Origin: a bacterium
GTDB lineage: Bacteria > Electryoneota > JAOADG01
Assembly (NCBI GenBank): GCA_026417415.1
Contig: JAOADG010000001.1
Coordinates: forward strand, 6,671 to 70,670
Length of the DNA: 64,000 nt
Reading direction: 5' to 3'
The notes below the pieces were generated by a model. The model had not been told where the DNA came from and ran no database searches. It saw only the letters and a list, made by a program, of their open reading frames with translations. This document shows positions 55,734 to 64,000 of the stretch, piece after piece. A program made the position numbers and the translations under genes. Each line of letters opens with the position of its first letter. The first letter of the stretch is position 1.

Positions 55734-56917
55734 TGTATAATTCCTAACTTTTTACCAATCTGTGTAAATGCATCTACAGCGAATAAAATATCTTCTGTTG
55801 TATGAATTGCAGAAATTTGAACCCTTATTCTTTCTTGCCCTTTTGCGACAACCGGATAAAAGAAACCAATCACATAGATTCCTTTTTCAAATAGTTCATT
55901 AGACATTGCTTGTGCAAGTTGAGCATCTTTTAACAATACTGGTACAATTGGAGTTGTGCCACGTACATCAAATCCTGCTTCTTTCATTTTCTTTCGGAAT
56001 AACTCTGTATTTTCTTTTAGTCGGGTGCGAAGTTCAGGCATTGTTTTGACTAATTGAAACGCTTCAATGCTAGCTGCTACAATTACAGGTGGAAGTGAAT
56101 TTGAGAACAGGTAGGGTCGTGATTTTTGTCTTAACCATTCAATAATTTCTTTTTTACCTGTTGTAAATCCACCATTTGCTCCACCCAAAGCTTTCCCTAA
56201 AGTTGAAGTGATAATATCTACCTTTTGCAAAACACCAGTTTCTTCACATGATCCACGTCCTGTTGGACCAATAACACCACTGCCATGGCAATCATCTACC
56301 ATTACTAACGCTTCGTATTTTTCCGCTAAGGCACAAATTTCTTGGAGCGGGGCTATATCGCCATCCATTGAAAATACACCATCCGTTACAATTATTTTCT
56401 TTTTAGCGGAATGGTTTTGTTTCAATAATTCCTCAAGATGGTTCATTTCTGCATGACGATACCGAAATCTTTTTGCTTTACTCAAACGAATTCCATCAAT
56501 AATGCTTGCATGATTTAATTCATCTGAGAAAATGCAATCATCTTCATTAAATAAAGGTTCAAAAACACCACCGTTCGCATCAAAACAAGCAGCATAAAGG
56601 ATCGTATCTTCGGTCTGAAAAAAGTTGGCAATTACTTGTTCAAGTTCTTTATGGATTTCTAAAGTACCGCAAATAAAACGTACACTAGATAAACCGAAGC
56701 CCCATCGTTCCAAAGCAAGTTTTGCTGCTTCAATAATTTTAGGATGATTGGCTAAGCCCAAATAGTTATTCGCACAAAAATTAAGTAATGTTTTCCCATT
56801 GACTTGAATGGTATTTCCTTGCGGGGTAGAGAGAACTCTTTCACTTTTATATAGACCCTTCTCAAATAAACCAAGTAGTTCATTTTGAAGTAATTTTTGA
56901 ATTTGTTCTGATACCAT
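55730..56917 (-). CDS. kbl: Glycine C-acetyltransferase (2-amino-3-ketobutyrate CoA ligase), alpha-oxoamine synthase family, paralog 1
   Basis: 395 aa, colinear with E. coli Kbl as recalled. NFCANNYLGLANHP, SVRFICGT, CFDANGG, LNHASIIDG, DGVFSMDGD, PLP lysine in TLGKALGG, RPYLFSNS, GFFYPVV. The DDSHA motif is altered to DDCHGSG. Confidence 0.8.
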   Translation of the reverse strand: MVSEQIQKLLQNELLGLFEKGLYKSERVLSTPQGNTIQVNGKTLLNFCANNYLGLANHPKIIEAAKLALERWGFGLSSVRFICGTLEIHKELEQVIANFFQTEDTILYAACFDANGGVFEPLFNEDDCIFSDELNHASIIDGIRLSKAKRFRYRHAEMNHLEELLKQNHSAKKKIIVTDGVFSMDGDIAPLQEICALAEKYEALVMVDDCHGSGVIGPTGRGSCEETGVLQKVDIITSTLGKALGGANGGFTTGKKEIIEWLRQKSRPYLFSNSLPPVIVAASIEAFQLVKTMPELRTRLKENTELFRKKMKEAGFDVRGTTPIVPVLLKDAQLAQAMSNELFEKGIYVIGFFYPVVAKGQERIRVQISAIHTTEDILFAVDAFTQIGKKLGIIH

Positions 56918-57052
56918 AATTCACCTAATACATTAGACAACTGTGAATTTGGAACGTACTAAATCGTTTCGTATTTTTCAAAACAAGTCCACGTGATTCT
57001 CCATTGAGCGAAGATCTCCACTTGTGTTAGGAATAAATTCAATATGTGAATT
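56918..57052. promoter_or_regulatory. Divergent control region with four AATTCA(C)/(G)TGAATT half-sites
   Basis: AATTCAC 56918-24 and GTGAATT 56943-49 form an inverted pair with an 18-nt spacer that abuts the kbl start. AATTCA 57036-41 and TGAATT 57047-52 form an inverted pair with a 5-nt spacer, 25 nt before the acsA-like ATG. A CACGTG palindrome lies at 56990-95. Confidence 0.3.
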
Positions 57053-57076
57053 AAGATACTTTTTGAAAGGAGTTTT

Positions 57077-58777
57077 ATGAGAAACATCACTTCTTACGAA
57101 GATCTTGTGAAAAATTTCGATTGGAGTATTGCTGAAAAAGAGTTAGACTATCAAAAAGGAAATCCAATCAATATCGGTTGGTACTGTTCTGATCGAAATT
57201 GTCTTAAAGGAAAAGCAAATAAAATTGCTTTGATGTGGGAAGATTATAACGGTAAAACCAAAACCTTCACATTTAACGATATTCGTTTATTTTCAAATTC
57301 TATTGGTACATTTTTACAACAACAAGGCATTCAACCAGAAGAACGAGTTTGTTTGTTTATGGATCGTGTGCCTGAATTATACATTGGATTCCTTGGTGTT
57401 CTCAAGATTGGTGCTATTGTGCAACCATTGTTTTCTGCATTTGGCCCAGAATCACTTTTTACAAGATTAGAAAATGCTCAAACTTCTGCAATCATTACTC
57501 AGAAAAAACATTTATCAAAAGTCAGAAAAATAATTCATGATTTGCCACATTTAAGAAAAATATTCGTAATCGACTCAGACGAAACTTCATTAAAAGACAA
57601 AGAAGTACTTTTAGAAATGGAAAAACTTCCAAAAAATGAAAATTTTGAGTGCTATCCAACCTATGCTGAATCACCCTCAGTTCTACATTATACAAGTGGT
57701 ACTACTGGACAACCAAAAGGTGCGCAACACGTGCATTATTCAATAATAGCACAATACATTACTGCAAAATACGTACTTGATTTACAAGAAAATGATATCT
57801 ATTGGTGTAATGCTGATCCGGGTTGGGTTACGGGTACTTCTTATGGTATCATTGGTCCTTGGTCCAATGGTGTAACTCAAGCTGTACTTGACTCAGGTTT
57901 CAATTCACAAAAATGGTATGAATTTATACAAAAATACCGAATTACTGTTTGGTATTCTGCACCTACTGCAATCAGATTATTGATGCGCGATGGTACAGAC
58001 CTAGTGAAGCAACATGATTTGTCTTCGTTGAGACATTTGTGTAGTGTTGGTGAACCGTTAAATGCTGAAGCGGTCATTTGGTCAAAACAAGCGTTTGGAT
58101 TGGAGTTTCACGATACCTATTGGCAAACTGAAACTGGTGCTATCGTGATTACAAACTTTCCCGGAATGCCAATTAAACCGGGCTCTATGGGTAAACCATT
58201 TCCCGGTATTACCGCGACAGTTTTAGATTTACAAACCTATGAGCCCATTACAACTCCCGGAAAAGTTGGATTAATCGCATTAAAACCGGGCTGGCCATCC
58301 CAAATCCGAACATATTGGAACAATGAAGAAGGGTTTCAGAAAAAGTTTAAAAATGGATGGTACATATGTGGTGACAGAGCAAGCATTGATAGCGATGGAT
58401 ATTTCTGGTTTGTGGGAAGAGATGATGATGTGATAAACACAGGTGGTCATTTGGTAGGTCCGTTCGAGATTGAATCTGCATTGTTAGAACATCCCGCAGT
58501 TGCAGAATCCGCAGCATTTGCAAAGCCTGATCCAGTGAATATGGAAGTTGTAAAAGCGTGTATTGCATTAAAACCCGGATATGAACCTTCGGAAGATTTG
58601 AAGTTAGAAATTATGAATTTCGTTCGTAAAAAACTATCTCCTTTAGCTATGCCACAAGAAATTGAATTTGTTACTTCTTTACCAAAAACTAGAAGTGGAA
58701 AAATTTTAAGAAGAGTATTAAGAGCAAAAGAGTTTAATGAACCAATTGGTGATCTTTCTACTTTAGAAAACGATTAA
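57077..58777 (+). CDS. Adenylate-forming acyl-thioester synthetase, Bacillus AcsA-type (acetyl-CoA synthetase-like)
   Basis: 566 aa. YTSGTTGQPKG, DIYWCNADPGWVTGTSYG, HDTYWQTETG, GDRASIDSDGYFWFVGRDDDVI, PKTRSGKILRR and the C-terminal GDLSTLEND are nearly colinear with short-type AcsA as recalled. SD AAAGGAG precedes the ATG. Confidence 0.8.
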   Translation: MRNITSYEDLVKNFDWSIAEKELDYQKGNPINIGWYCSDRNCLKGKANKIALMWEDYNGKTKTFTFNDIRLFSNSIGTFLQQQGIQPEERVCLFMDRVPELYIGFLGVLKIGAIVQPLFSAFGPESLFTRLENAQTSAIITQKKHLSKVRKIIHDLPHLRKIFVIDSDETSLKDKEVLLEMEKLPKNENFECYPTYAESPSVLHYTSGTTGQPKGAQHVHYSIIAQYITAKYVLDLQENDIYWCNADPGWVTGTSYGIIGPWSNGVTQAVLDSGFNSQKWYEFIQKYRITVWYSAPTAIRLLMRDGTDLVKQHDLSSLRHLCSVGEPLNAEAVIWSKQAFGLEFHDTYWQTETGAIVITNFPGMPIKPGSMGKPFPGITATVLDLQTYEPITTPGKVGLIALKPGWPSQIRTYWNNEEGFQKKFKNGWYICGDRASIDSDGYFWFVGRDDDVINTGGHLVGPFEIESALLEHPAVAESAAFAKPDPVNMEVVKACIALKPGYEPSEDLKLEIMNFVRKKLSPLAMPQEIEFVTSLPKTRSGKILRRVLRAKEFNEPIGDLSTLEND

Positions 58778-58794
58778 ACGAAAGGAAAAACATT

Positions 58795-59052
58795 ATGGAT
58801 GAACACAAGAAGTTAATTCTCGATTATGTAAAGAGAGAGTATTTAGAAGAGGATGATGATCAAGAAGTTACTTATGATACACCGTTGATTTCAGGAGGAA
58901 TAGTTGATTCTTTTTCAATGGTAAGTTTAAAAGTATTCCTTGAGAAGAAATACAACATTCAAATTCCTGATGCAAAAGCTACCCCGCAGGCCTTTGATAC
59001 GGTAAACAACATTTATAAACTATTAAAAGAATTTCGACCTGATTTACCATAA
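58795..59052 (+). CDS. Phosphopantetheine-binding carrier protein (ACP/DltC-like)
   Basis: 85 aa and acidic. PLISGGIVDSFSMVSLKVFLEKKYNIQIP places a Ser in the G-x-(V/L)-DS context of carrier proteins, followed by the helix II/III pattern. Lies 17 nt after the ligase gene. Confidence 0.6.
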   Translation: MDEHKKLILDYVKREYLEEDDDQEVTYDTPLISGGIVDSFSMVSLKVFLEKKYNIQIPDAKATPQAFDTVNNIYKLLKEFRPDLP

Positions 59053-59056
59053 TCAA

Positions 59057-59074
59057 TTTCCGTTGTAACGGAAA
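59057..59074 (+). other. Intercistronic hairpin abutting the Shine-Dalgarno site of the downstream alpha-oxoamine synthase gene
   Basis: TTTCCGTT-GT-AACGGAAA is a perfect 8-nt inverted repeat; sterically about 6-7 bp would pair. Its 3' arm runs into GAAAGGAG (SD) with the ATG at 59084. No T-tract follows. Confidence 0.3.
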
Positions 59075-59083
59075 GGAGTCAAT

Positions 59084-60328
59084 ATGTCCTATATTGCAGG
59101 AAAAAGAGTATTTTCAGAAATGATACAAAAAATTAAAGAGGATGGGTTATATAAACAAGAGCGTTTAATTTGCAGTCCTCAAGGTCCTGAGATCATCGTA
59201 CGTTTTCCAGAAAATGCACCAGAAAAAAAAGTTATCAATATGTGTGCGAACAATTATCTTGGGCTATCTAGCCATCCAGAGATAGTTCATGCTGCACATA
59301 ATGCTTTAGATGATCGCGGGTATGGCATGTCTTCTGTGCGATTTATTTGTGGAACACAGGATGTACATCGGCAACTCGAACTTAAAATTGCAGAGTTTCT
59401 TGGAATGGAAGATGCTTGTGTATTTTCAAGTTGTTTAGATGCGAATGCTGCTTTATTTGAGGTTTTATTGACCGAAGAAGATGCAATTATTGCAGATCGT
59501 TTAGTACATGCTTCCATTATTGATGGGATACGATTATCGAAAGCACAAAATTTCAATTTCAAGCATTCAAATATGGAACATCTTGAAGAAAAGTTACAAG
59601 AAACTCAGAATCATCGATTGCGATTGATTGTGGTAGATGGTGTGTTTTCAATGGATGGTGATATGGCACCGTTGGATAAAATTTGTGAATTAGCAGAAAA
59701 GTATGATGCTATGGTTGCGGTAGATGATTCACATGCAACAGGTTTTATTGGAAAAACTGGGCGTGGAACACACGAATATTTTGGTGTCATGGATAAAGTG
59801 GACATTATCACAACTACCTTTGGTAAAGCATTAGGAGGTGCAAACGGTGGGTGTGTTGCTGGAAAAAAAGAGATTGCTGATCTGATGAAGCAACGAGGAA
59901 GACCTTATTTATTTTCCAATGCTGTGCCCCCACCAGTAGCAGTTGCATCCATTCGTGTTCTTGACATTTTATCTCAAACTACAGAGAGGCGAGATAAACT
60001 GGAGCGACTCACTGCATATTGGAGAAAAGGACTTACTGATGCAGGGTTTGATCTAAAAGAAGGGAACACTCCAATCGTTCCTGTGATGCTGTACAATGCT
60101 AAATTAGCACAGCAATTTAGTAAAGAACTTTATGATGAAGGTGTTTATGCGGTTGGTTTCTTTTTCCCTGTAGTTCCGATGGGACAAGCACGCATTAGAA
60201 CACAAATTTCTGCTGCACACGAAAAAGAACATTTGGATTTCGCACTTGATGCATTTAAAAAAGTTGGAGAACGATTAGGTGTATTAGGTCTAAAAAAGAA
60301 AGAAATTTTAGCAAAATTTGGTGAATAA
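59084..60328 (+). CDS. Alpha-oxoamine synthase, Kbl-like paralog 2 (PLP-dependent acyl-thioester:amino acid C-acyltransferase)
   Basis: 414 aa. MCANNYLGLSSHP, SVRFICGT, DGVFSMDGD, DDSHATGF, PLP lysine in TFGKALGG, RPYLFSNA. It differs from paralog 1 and E. coli Kbl at CLDANAA (vs CFDANGG) and VHASIIDG (vs NHASIIDG). It also has an N-terminal insertion RFPENAPEKK and a 14-aa C-terminal tail. Confidence 0.8.
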   Translation: MSYIAGKRVFSEMIQKIKEDGLYKQERLICSPQGPEIIVRFPENAPEKKVINMCANNYLGLSSHPEIVHAAHNALDDRGYGMSSVRFICGTQDVHRQLELKIAEFLGMEDACVFSSCLDANAALFEVLLTEEDAIIADRLVHASIIDGIRLSKAQNFNFKHSNMEHLEEKLQETQNHRLRLIVVDGVFSMDGDMAPLDKICELAEKYDAMVAVDDSHATGFIGKTGRGTHEYFGVMDKVDIITTTFGKALGGANGGCVAGKKEIADLMKQRGRPYLFSNAVPPPVAVASIRVLDILSQTTERRDKLERLTAYWRKGLTDAGFDLKEGNTPIVPVMLYNAKLAQQFSKELYDEGVYAVGFFFPVVPMGQARIRTQISAAHEKEHLDFALDAFKKVGERLGVLGLKKKEILAKFGE

Positions 60329-60342
60329 TTACAACGTGTTTG

Positions 60343-60378
60343 AAAAAAATAGGACTCATTGAGAGTCCTATTTTTTTT
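60343..60378. terminator. Bidirectional rho-independent terminator
   Basis: A7-T-AGGACTC (60343-57), loop ATTGA, GAGTCCT-A-T8 (60363-78). A-tract and T-tract flanks allow termination for both convergent transcripts. The GNAT stop codon lies within the 3' arm. Confidence 0.7.
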
Positions 60379-60943
60379 CATAATATTCTTGTTCTAAAAT
60401 TGCATAAAATTTTAATGTTCGTATTTCGTTTTTTACAAAAAAAGCTTCTCTAAAAATTCCTTCTAATTTCATTCCTACTTTTTGAAGTACTCTTTCTGAT
60501 GCAACATTGCCTTCAAAAACTCCAGCCTCAATTCTATGTAAGCGCAAAGTTTCAAATCCATATTGAAGTACAGCATTAACCGCTTCTGTCATTATTCCAC
60601 GATTCCAAAAATCTGGATGTAAAGCAAAACCCAATTCAATACGTCTGTGTTCCGGTCTAAAACGGTGCATTCCAATCGTACCGATGATCTTCTCTTGTTC
60701 AAGTAACTCAATGCCCCATATGGGTGGTGTTATTCCATCGTAAGTTTGTAAAATGCGTTCAATAAACTGGTTTGTCTCTACAATAGTAGAATGTGAGTTC
60801 CATAAAAGAAATTTGGTGACTCGATCCAGTTTAGCATACTCGAAAATGTCGTTTGCATCGTAAGTTGTGATTTTTCTAAGTAGAAGACGTTGAGTATTTA
60901 GGATAGGAAATGGATCAAAGCGAATATCTAAAAATTGAGTCAA
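60368..60943 (-). CDS. GNAT family N-acetyltransferase (RimJ/RimL-like)
   Basis: 191 aa. LLLRKITTYDANDIFEY ... IGTIGMHR ... LGFALHPDFWNRGIMTEAV..VLQYGF ... RIEAGVFEGNVASERVLQKVGM matches the Acetyltransf_3 / RimL pattern. Confidence 0.75.
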   Translation of the reverse strand: MTQFLDIRFDPFPILNTQRLLLRKITTYDANDIFEYAKLDRVTKFLLWNSHSTIVETNQFIERILQTYDGITPPIWGIELLEQEKIIGTIGMHRFRPEHRRIELGFALHPDFWNRGIMTEAVNAVLQYGFETLRLHRIEAGVFEGNVASERVLQKVGMKLEGIFREAFFVKNEIRTLKFYAILEQEYYEKK

Positions 60944-62725
60944 TTATCTATCCATTGCTGAAATTGAATTAAAGAAAGTTAACCAAGAAAATGCGATAGG
61001 GTATCTTGAAGTTAATCGAAACACTTGAGTACCAAATGCTCCATATGCTTCAAAAGGCGAAGGATAAAATGTCAAATGAGTATAATTTTGTAATGCGGGG
61101 TGTTCAAGAACTGGTGATGAAAAAATTGGAATATCCAATTGATAATAATGATTAAGTTCACCTAATACCAACACGCTTGAATGATTTCTACTAATGGATA
61201 ACCATCTTCTTAATCGTACACTTAAAGTATCAACAAATTGTGTAGTGATTTCATTTGAAATTAGTGAACAACGTAGGATCTGATTTTGGTGAACATCAAA
61301 TGCACTGTTATTCTGTACGTCGTAAATAGGACCTAAAACATTTATATTGCACAAAGAAGTATCTACCCAGTTTCCTTGAAAATTATTAACTAGATAGTAC
61401 TCACGATTGTTCATTTGTCCGATATAAATCCAATGATTGTTTTCAATAAGTGGCAACTTTGACCAACGAAAATTTATAAAACCATTCGGTACATTCATTG
61501 AAACAATGTTCATTGTGGATAGTTGAATGGATTTAGGTTGTAAATCAGAACCTAAAAACCATAAAAATTCACCGTTGCTGGAAAATGCCAACGGCGTGTC
61601 CTCGCTGTAAGTAGCAGAGATAGGACCGAAGATGTTCTGAGTCATTAGGTCATAATAAAACAATTGATGGTTATCGGTTAAAACTGCAACTTTTTTTTCA
61701 GTTGGGTGTTTTCGTACTTCTTGTACATAATTTGAAAATCTATAATGAAATCTTTTACTACGTGTTTCAGTACCAATTTCCCATAAACTATCTTCTGTGG
61801 CGACAACAAGAAATTCATTTTCTGGTGGAGTAGGTTCTACTGTTATCCGAATTGGTAAAGAAACTGAGTTACCCGTAGCCGCAGTGATGTAAGCATAACC
61901 GATTGAATCACCGAAAACCAAACCTTGTGAATTTACTGAAGCAATAGAGGAATGCGAACTTCGCCATTCTACGACTGTTGGGTAAATGATACGGTTGTTT
62001 AACCATCCTAAACAGGTTAATTGAGCGGTTGTACCCAATTGAATGGCTAACTCAGTAGGCGTAATTCGAACAGAATCATATCGTGATGAAACATAAACTA
62101 AAACGGAATCAATTAACTGAAAAATCGTTCCATAGATCTTAGCAATGCCTTCATTTCTGCCCGTTACTCTGCCTGTTGGGTCTAACATTGCAATGGATGT
62201 ATCTGAACTAAATAAGTAGGGTTCTATATCAAGATTATTTCCTAAAGAATCCAATACAATCCATTCTAATTGAACCGAACCAGAAGATAGAACAAACGAG
62301 GAATCGGGTCGTAAATCAAAAGAACGTGGTGGATAAGTGACAGTTATTCCTACGGTATTGGATATTATACCTTGATATCTTGCATGAATATAAGTTCTTC
62401 CACGATTAACTGCTCGAATGATGCCTAGTGAATCCACTTGTGCAATAGTTGGATTGCCACTTATCCATTCTAAAGGAAGAGATTGAAGCACAGTTGAGTC
62501 AGACGCTAATAAAGTAGTATGTAAAGTATCCGTTTGGCCGGGAATTAATGTGATTGCATTAGGTGTGATGTGAATGATGCGTAGAGATGGACCCGTATCT
62601 GGGAAATACTCTATTTTTGATTCTACACAACCTTTCATTGTAGAAAATATTCCTAATGTTAGGACGATGTAAATCAATTGCTTGATGTTCAAGTTTATTC
62701 GCATCATTTCCATAGTTTCATGCAA
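60944..62725 (-). CDS. Surface/periplasmic lipoprotein with N-terminal Big_2-like Ig domains and a C-terminal beta-rich domain
   Basis: 593 aa. Signal plus lipobox [10 protein letters not shown]. Three to four ~80-aa repeats have Big_2 flavour (e.g. [29 protein letters not shown]; [29 protein letters not shown]). The C-terminal ~280 aa are unassigned. Confidence 0.45.
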   Translation of the reverse strand: MHETMEMMRINLNIKQLIYIVLTLGIFSTMKGCVESKIEYFPDTGPSLRIIHITPNAITLIPGQTDTLHTTLLASDSTVLQSLPLEWISGNPTIAQVDSLGIIRAVNRGRTYIHARYQGIISNTVGITVTYPPRSFDLRPDSSFVLSSGSVQLEWIVLDSLGNNLDIEPYLFSSDTSIAMLDPTGRVTGRNEGIAKIYGTIFQLIDSVLVYVSSRYDSVRITPTELAIQLGTTAQLTCLGWLNNRIIYPTVVEWRSSHSSIASVNSQGLVFGDSIGYAYITAATGNSVSLPIRITVEPTPPENEFLVVATEDSLWEIGTETRSKRFHYRFSNYVQEVRKHPTEKKVAVLTDNHQLFYYDLMTQNIFGPISATYSEDTPLAFSSNGEFLWFLGSDLQPKSIQLSTMNIVSMNVPNGFINFRWSKLPLIENNHWIYIGQMNNREYYLVNNFQGNWVDTSLCNINVLGPIYDVQNNSAFDVHQNQILRCSLISNEITTQFVDTLSVRLRRWLSISRNHSSVLVLGELNHYYQLDIPIFSSPVLEHPALQNYTHLTFYPSPFEAYGAFGTQVFRLTSRYPIAFSWLTFFNSISAMDR

Positions 62726-63791
62726 TGGTGATTTCTTTTTCTAAATAAACATCTTGAATCAAATGTAACAATTGTATTCCTTCGTTGATTGGCTTTTGAA
62801 ACGCTTTTCTACCAGAGATGAGTCCCATTCCTCCTGCACGTTTATTGATTATAGCAGTTCGTATTGCTTCACCGTAATCATTTTTTCCACTCGGACCGCC
62901 AGAATTGATAAGTCCGATGCGACCCATATAGTTGTTGGCAACTTGATACCGAGTCAGGTCAATTGGATGATCAGTTGATAATTCGGTATAAATTCTTTTA
63001 TCAAACTTACCGTAACCCGATGAACCCATATTTAAAGCTTGATATCCGCCATTGTTTTCTGGTAACTTTTGTTTCACAATATCTGCTTCTATAGTCACAC
63101 CTAAATGATTGGCTTGACCTGTTAAATCTGCAGAAACATGGTAATCTTTCCCTTCCACTTTGAATGCATTATTGCGGAGATAACACCATAAAACAGTGGC
63201 CATTCCCAATTCATGGGCTCGATGAAACGCCATCGCTATTTCGGTAATTTGACGTGTTGATTCTGGTGAACCAAAATAAATCGTAGCTCCAATCGCACAA
63301 GCCCCCATATTCCAAGCAGTTTCTACTTGACCAAACAGTACTTGATCGAATTTATTTGGATAGGTAAGTAATTCATTATGATTTATTTTCACGATGAACG
63401 GGATTTTATGCGCGTATTTTCTCGCTACACTTCCTAAAACTCCGAAAGTGGATGCAACTGCATTACAACCGCCTTCAATGGCTAATTTTACGATGTTCTC
63501 ACCATCAAAATAAATCGGATTGGGTGCAAAAGATGCACCTGCTGAATGTTCAATCCCTTGATCAACAGGTAAAATTGATAGGTAACCTGTACCTGCCAAT
63601 CGGCCAGTATTGTGGATCCACTGTAAACTTCTTAAAACTTGTGGTGAACGATCCGAATAAACGAAAGTCCGATCTAAAAAATCTGGTCCCGGTAACGTTA
63701 AAAGATTTTTAGGAATAGTCTTGCATTCATGTGTTAACAATGCATGATCATCTTGAGAAAGATAACTTAATAGTTTTTCAAGAGTTGACAT
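62718..63791 (-). CDS. fbaB: Class I fructose-bisphosphate aldolase (FbaB/DhnA type)
   Basis: 357 aa, nearly colinear with E. coli FbaB as recalled. [75 protein letters not shown], and the C-terminal ITIA. Confidence 0.9.
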   Translation of the reverse strand: MSTLEKLLSYLSQDDHALLTHECKTIPKNLLTLPGPDFLDRTFVYSDRSPQVLRSLQWIHNTGRLAGTGYLSILPVDQGIEHSAGASFAPNPIYFDGENIVKLAIEGGCNAVASTFGVLGSVARKYAHKIPFIVKINHNELLTYPNKFDQVLFGQVETAWNMGACAIGATIYFGSPESTRQITEIAMAFHRAHELGMATVLWCYLRNNAFKVEGKDYHVSADLTGQANHLGVTIEADIVKQKLPENNGGYQALNMGSSGYGKFDKRIYTELSTDHPIDLTRYQVANNYMGRIGLINSGGPSGKNDYGEAIRTAIINKRAGGMGLISGRKAFQKPINEGIQLLHLIQDVYLEKEITIA

Positions 63792-64000
63792 AACATATCC
63801 CTTTCATTTTTCTGTTCACCGATAATTTACAAAATAAATTGTATAAAAATACTTCAGTAGAGTGAAAAACAATTTCGTTCTTCGCATTTAAAGTTTAAGG
63901 TTATGTTCTATTGTTTGACCCACAATTACGAATTTCTTATCTCAAATGTTATTTAACATCATAAATACCTGTTAAAATTTGTAGATCAAACTTAAACAAT

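Noticed and set aside
56918-57076. A glycine riboswitch or other known riboswitch upstream of kbl or the acsA-like gene.
   Set aside because: No conserved glycine-riboswitch core (GGAGAG...CACCG...) or other recognisable riboswitch consensus was seen. Only the short AATTCA(C)/(G)TGAATT repeats are present.
60368-60943. The GNAT gene next to the ligase-carrier-AOS operon as a bacterial ceramide-synthase-like N-acyltransferase completing a sphingolipid pathway.
   Set aside because: It is on the opposite strand, beyond a bidirectional terminator, and is coupled instead to the fbaB-lipoprotein string. Its sequence pattern is RimJ/RimL-like. Both AOS paralogs are Kbl-type (GKALGGANGG), not SPT-type.
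1-64000. CRISPR arrays, transposases, integrases, prophage genes, toxin-antitoxin pairs or recognisable defence-system ATPases and nucleases.
   Set aside because: None were found on reading the ORF set and intergenic regions. Non-coding DNA is limited to a few short gaps, and every large ORF is either housekeeping or one of the unknowns listed in findings.

Overview
AT-rich, very gene-dense chromosomal segment from a diderm bacterium. About 65 CDS, one tRNA and three clear intrinsic terminators fill nearly all of the 64 kb. No transposase, integrase, CRISPR array or rRNA was seen. The fused LpxC/FabZ, a PorV-like porin, several TPR lipoproteins and weak or absent Shine-Dalgarno sites at several genes checked suggest the FCB group (Bacteroidota/Ignavibacteriota/Marinimicrobia-like); this is inference only. 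Most content is housekeeping: an outer-membrane and lipid A block (uppS-bamA-skp-lpxD-lpxC/fabZ-lpxA, then dxr-rseP); a glycosyltransferase and peptidoglycan block (GT2-GT4-GT2, PBP1A, SPOR protein, mpl); cofactor and tRNA-modification genes (panBC, nifS-mnmA, hemW); nucleoside and methionine salvage (deoB, rdgB, MTAP-like, PfkB kinase-mtnA); two ECF sigma/anti-sigma modules; argS, rsfS, rnd, fabL and fbaB. Genes from about 9.7 to 51.1 kb all lie on the + strand, and many overlap by 1 or 4 nt. Items worth a second look, in order: (1) an operon of an AcsA-type adenylating enzyme, an 85-aa phosphopantetheine-type carrier protein and a second Kbl-like alpha-oxoamine synthase. It faces a first Kbl paralog across an intergenic region carrying four copies of an AATTCA(C)/(G)TGAATT half-site. 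(2) A translationally coupled four-gene operon of unrecognised membrane proteins (51.1-54.1 kb). (3) A class-II tRNA with anticodon UCA (tRNA-Sec-like) wedged between mpl and a VOC gene. (4) A GT4 gene whose conserved N-terminus lies upstream of any canonical start codon. (5) A beta-class DPPY DNA methyltransferase coupled into a cell-wall operon. All functional calls come from motif recognition by eye, not database searches.
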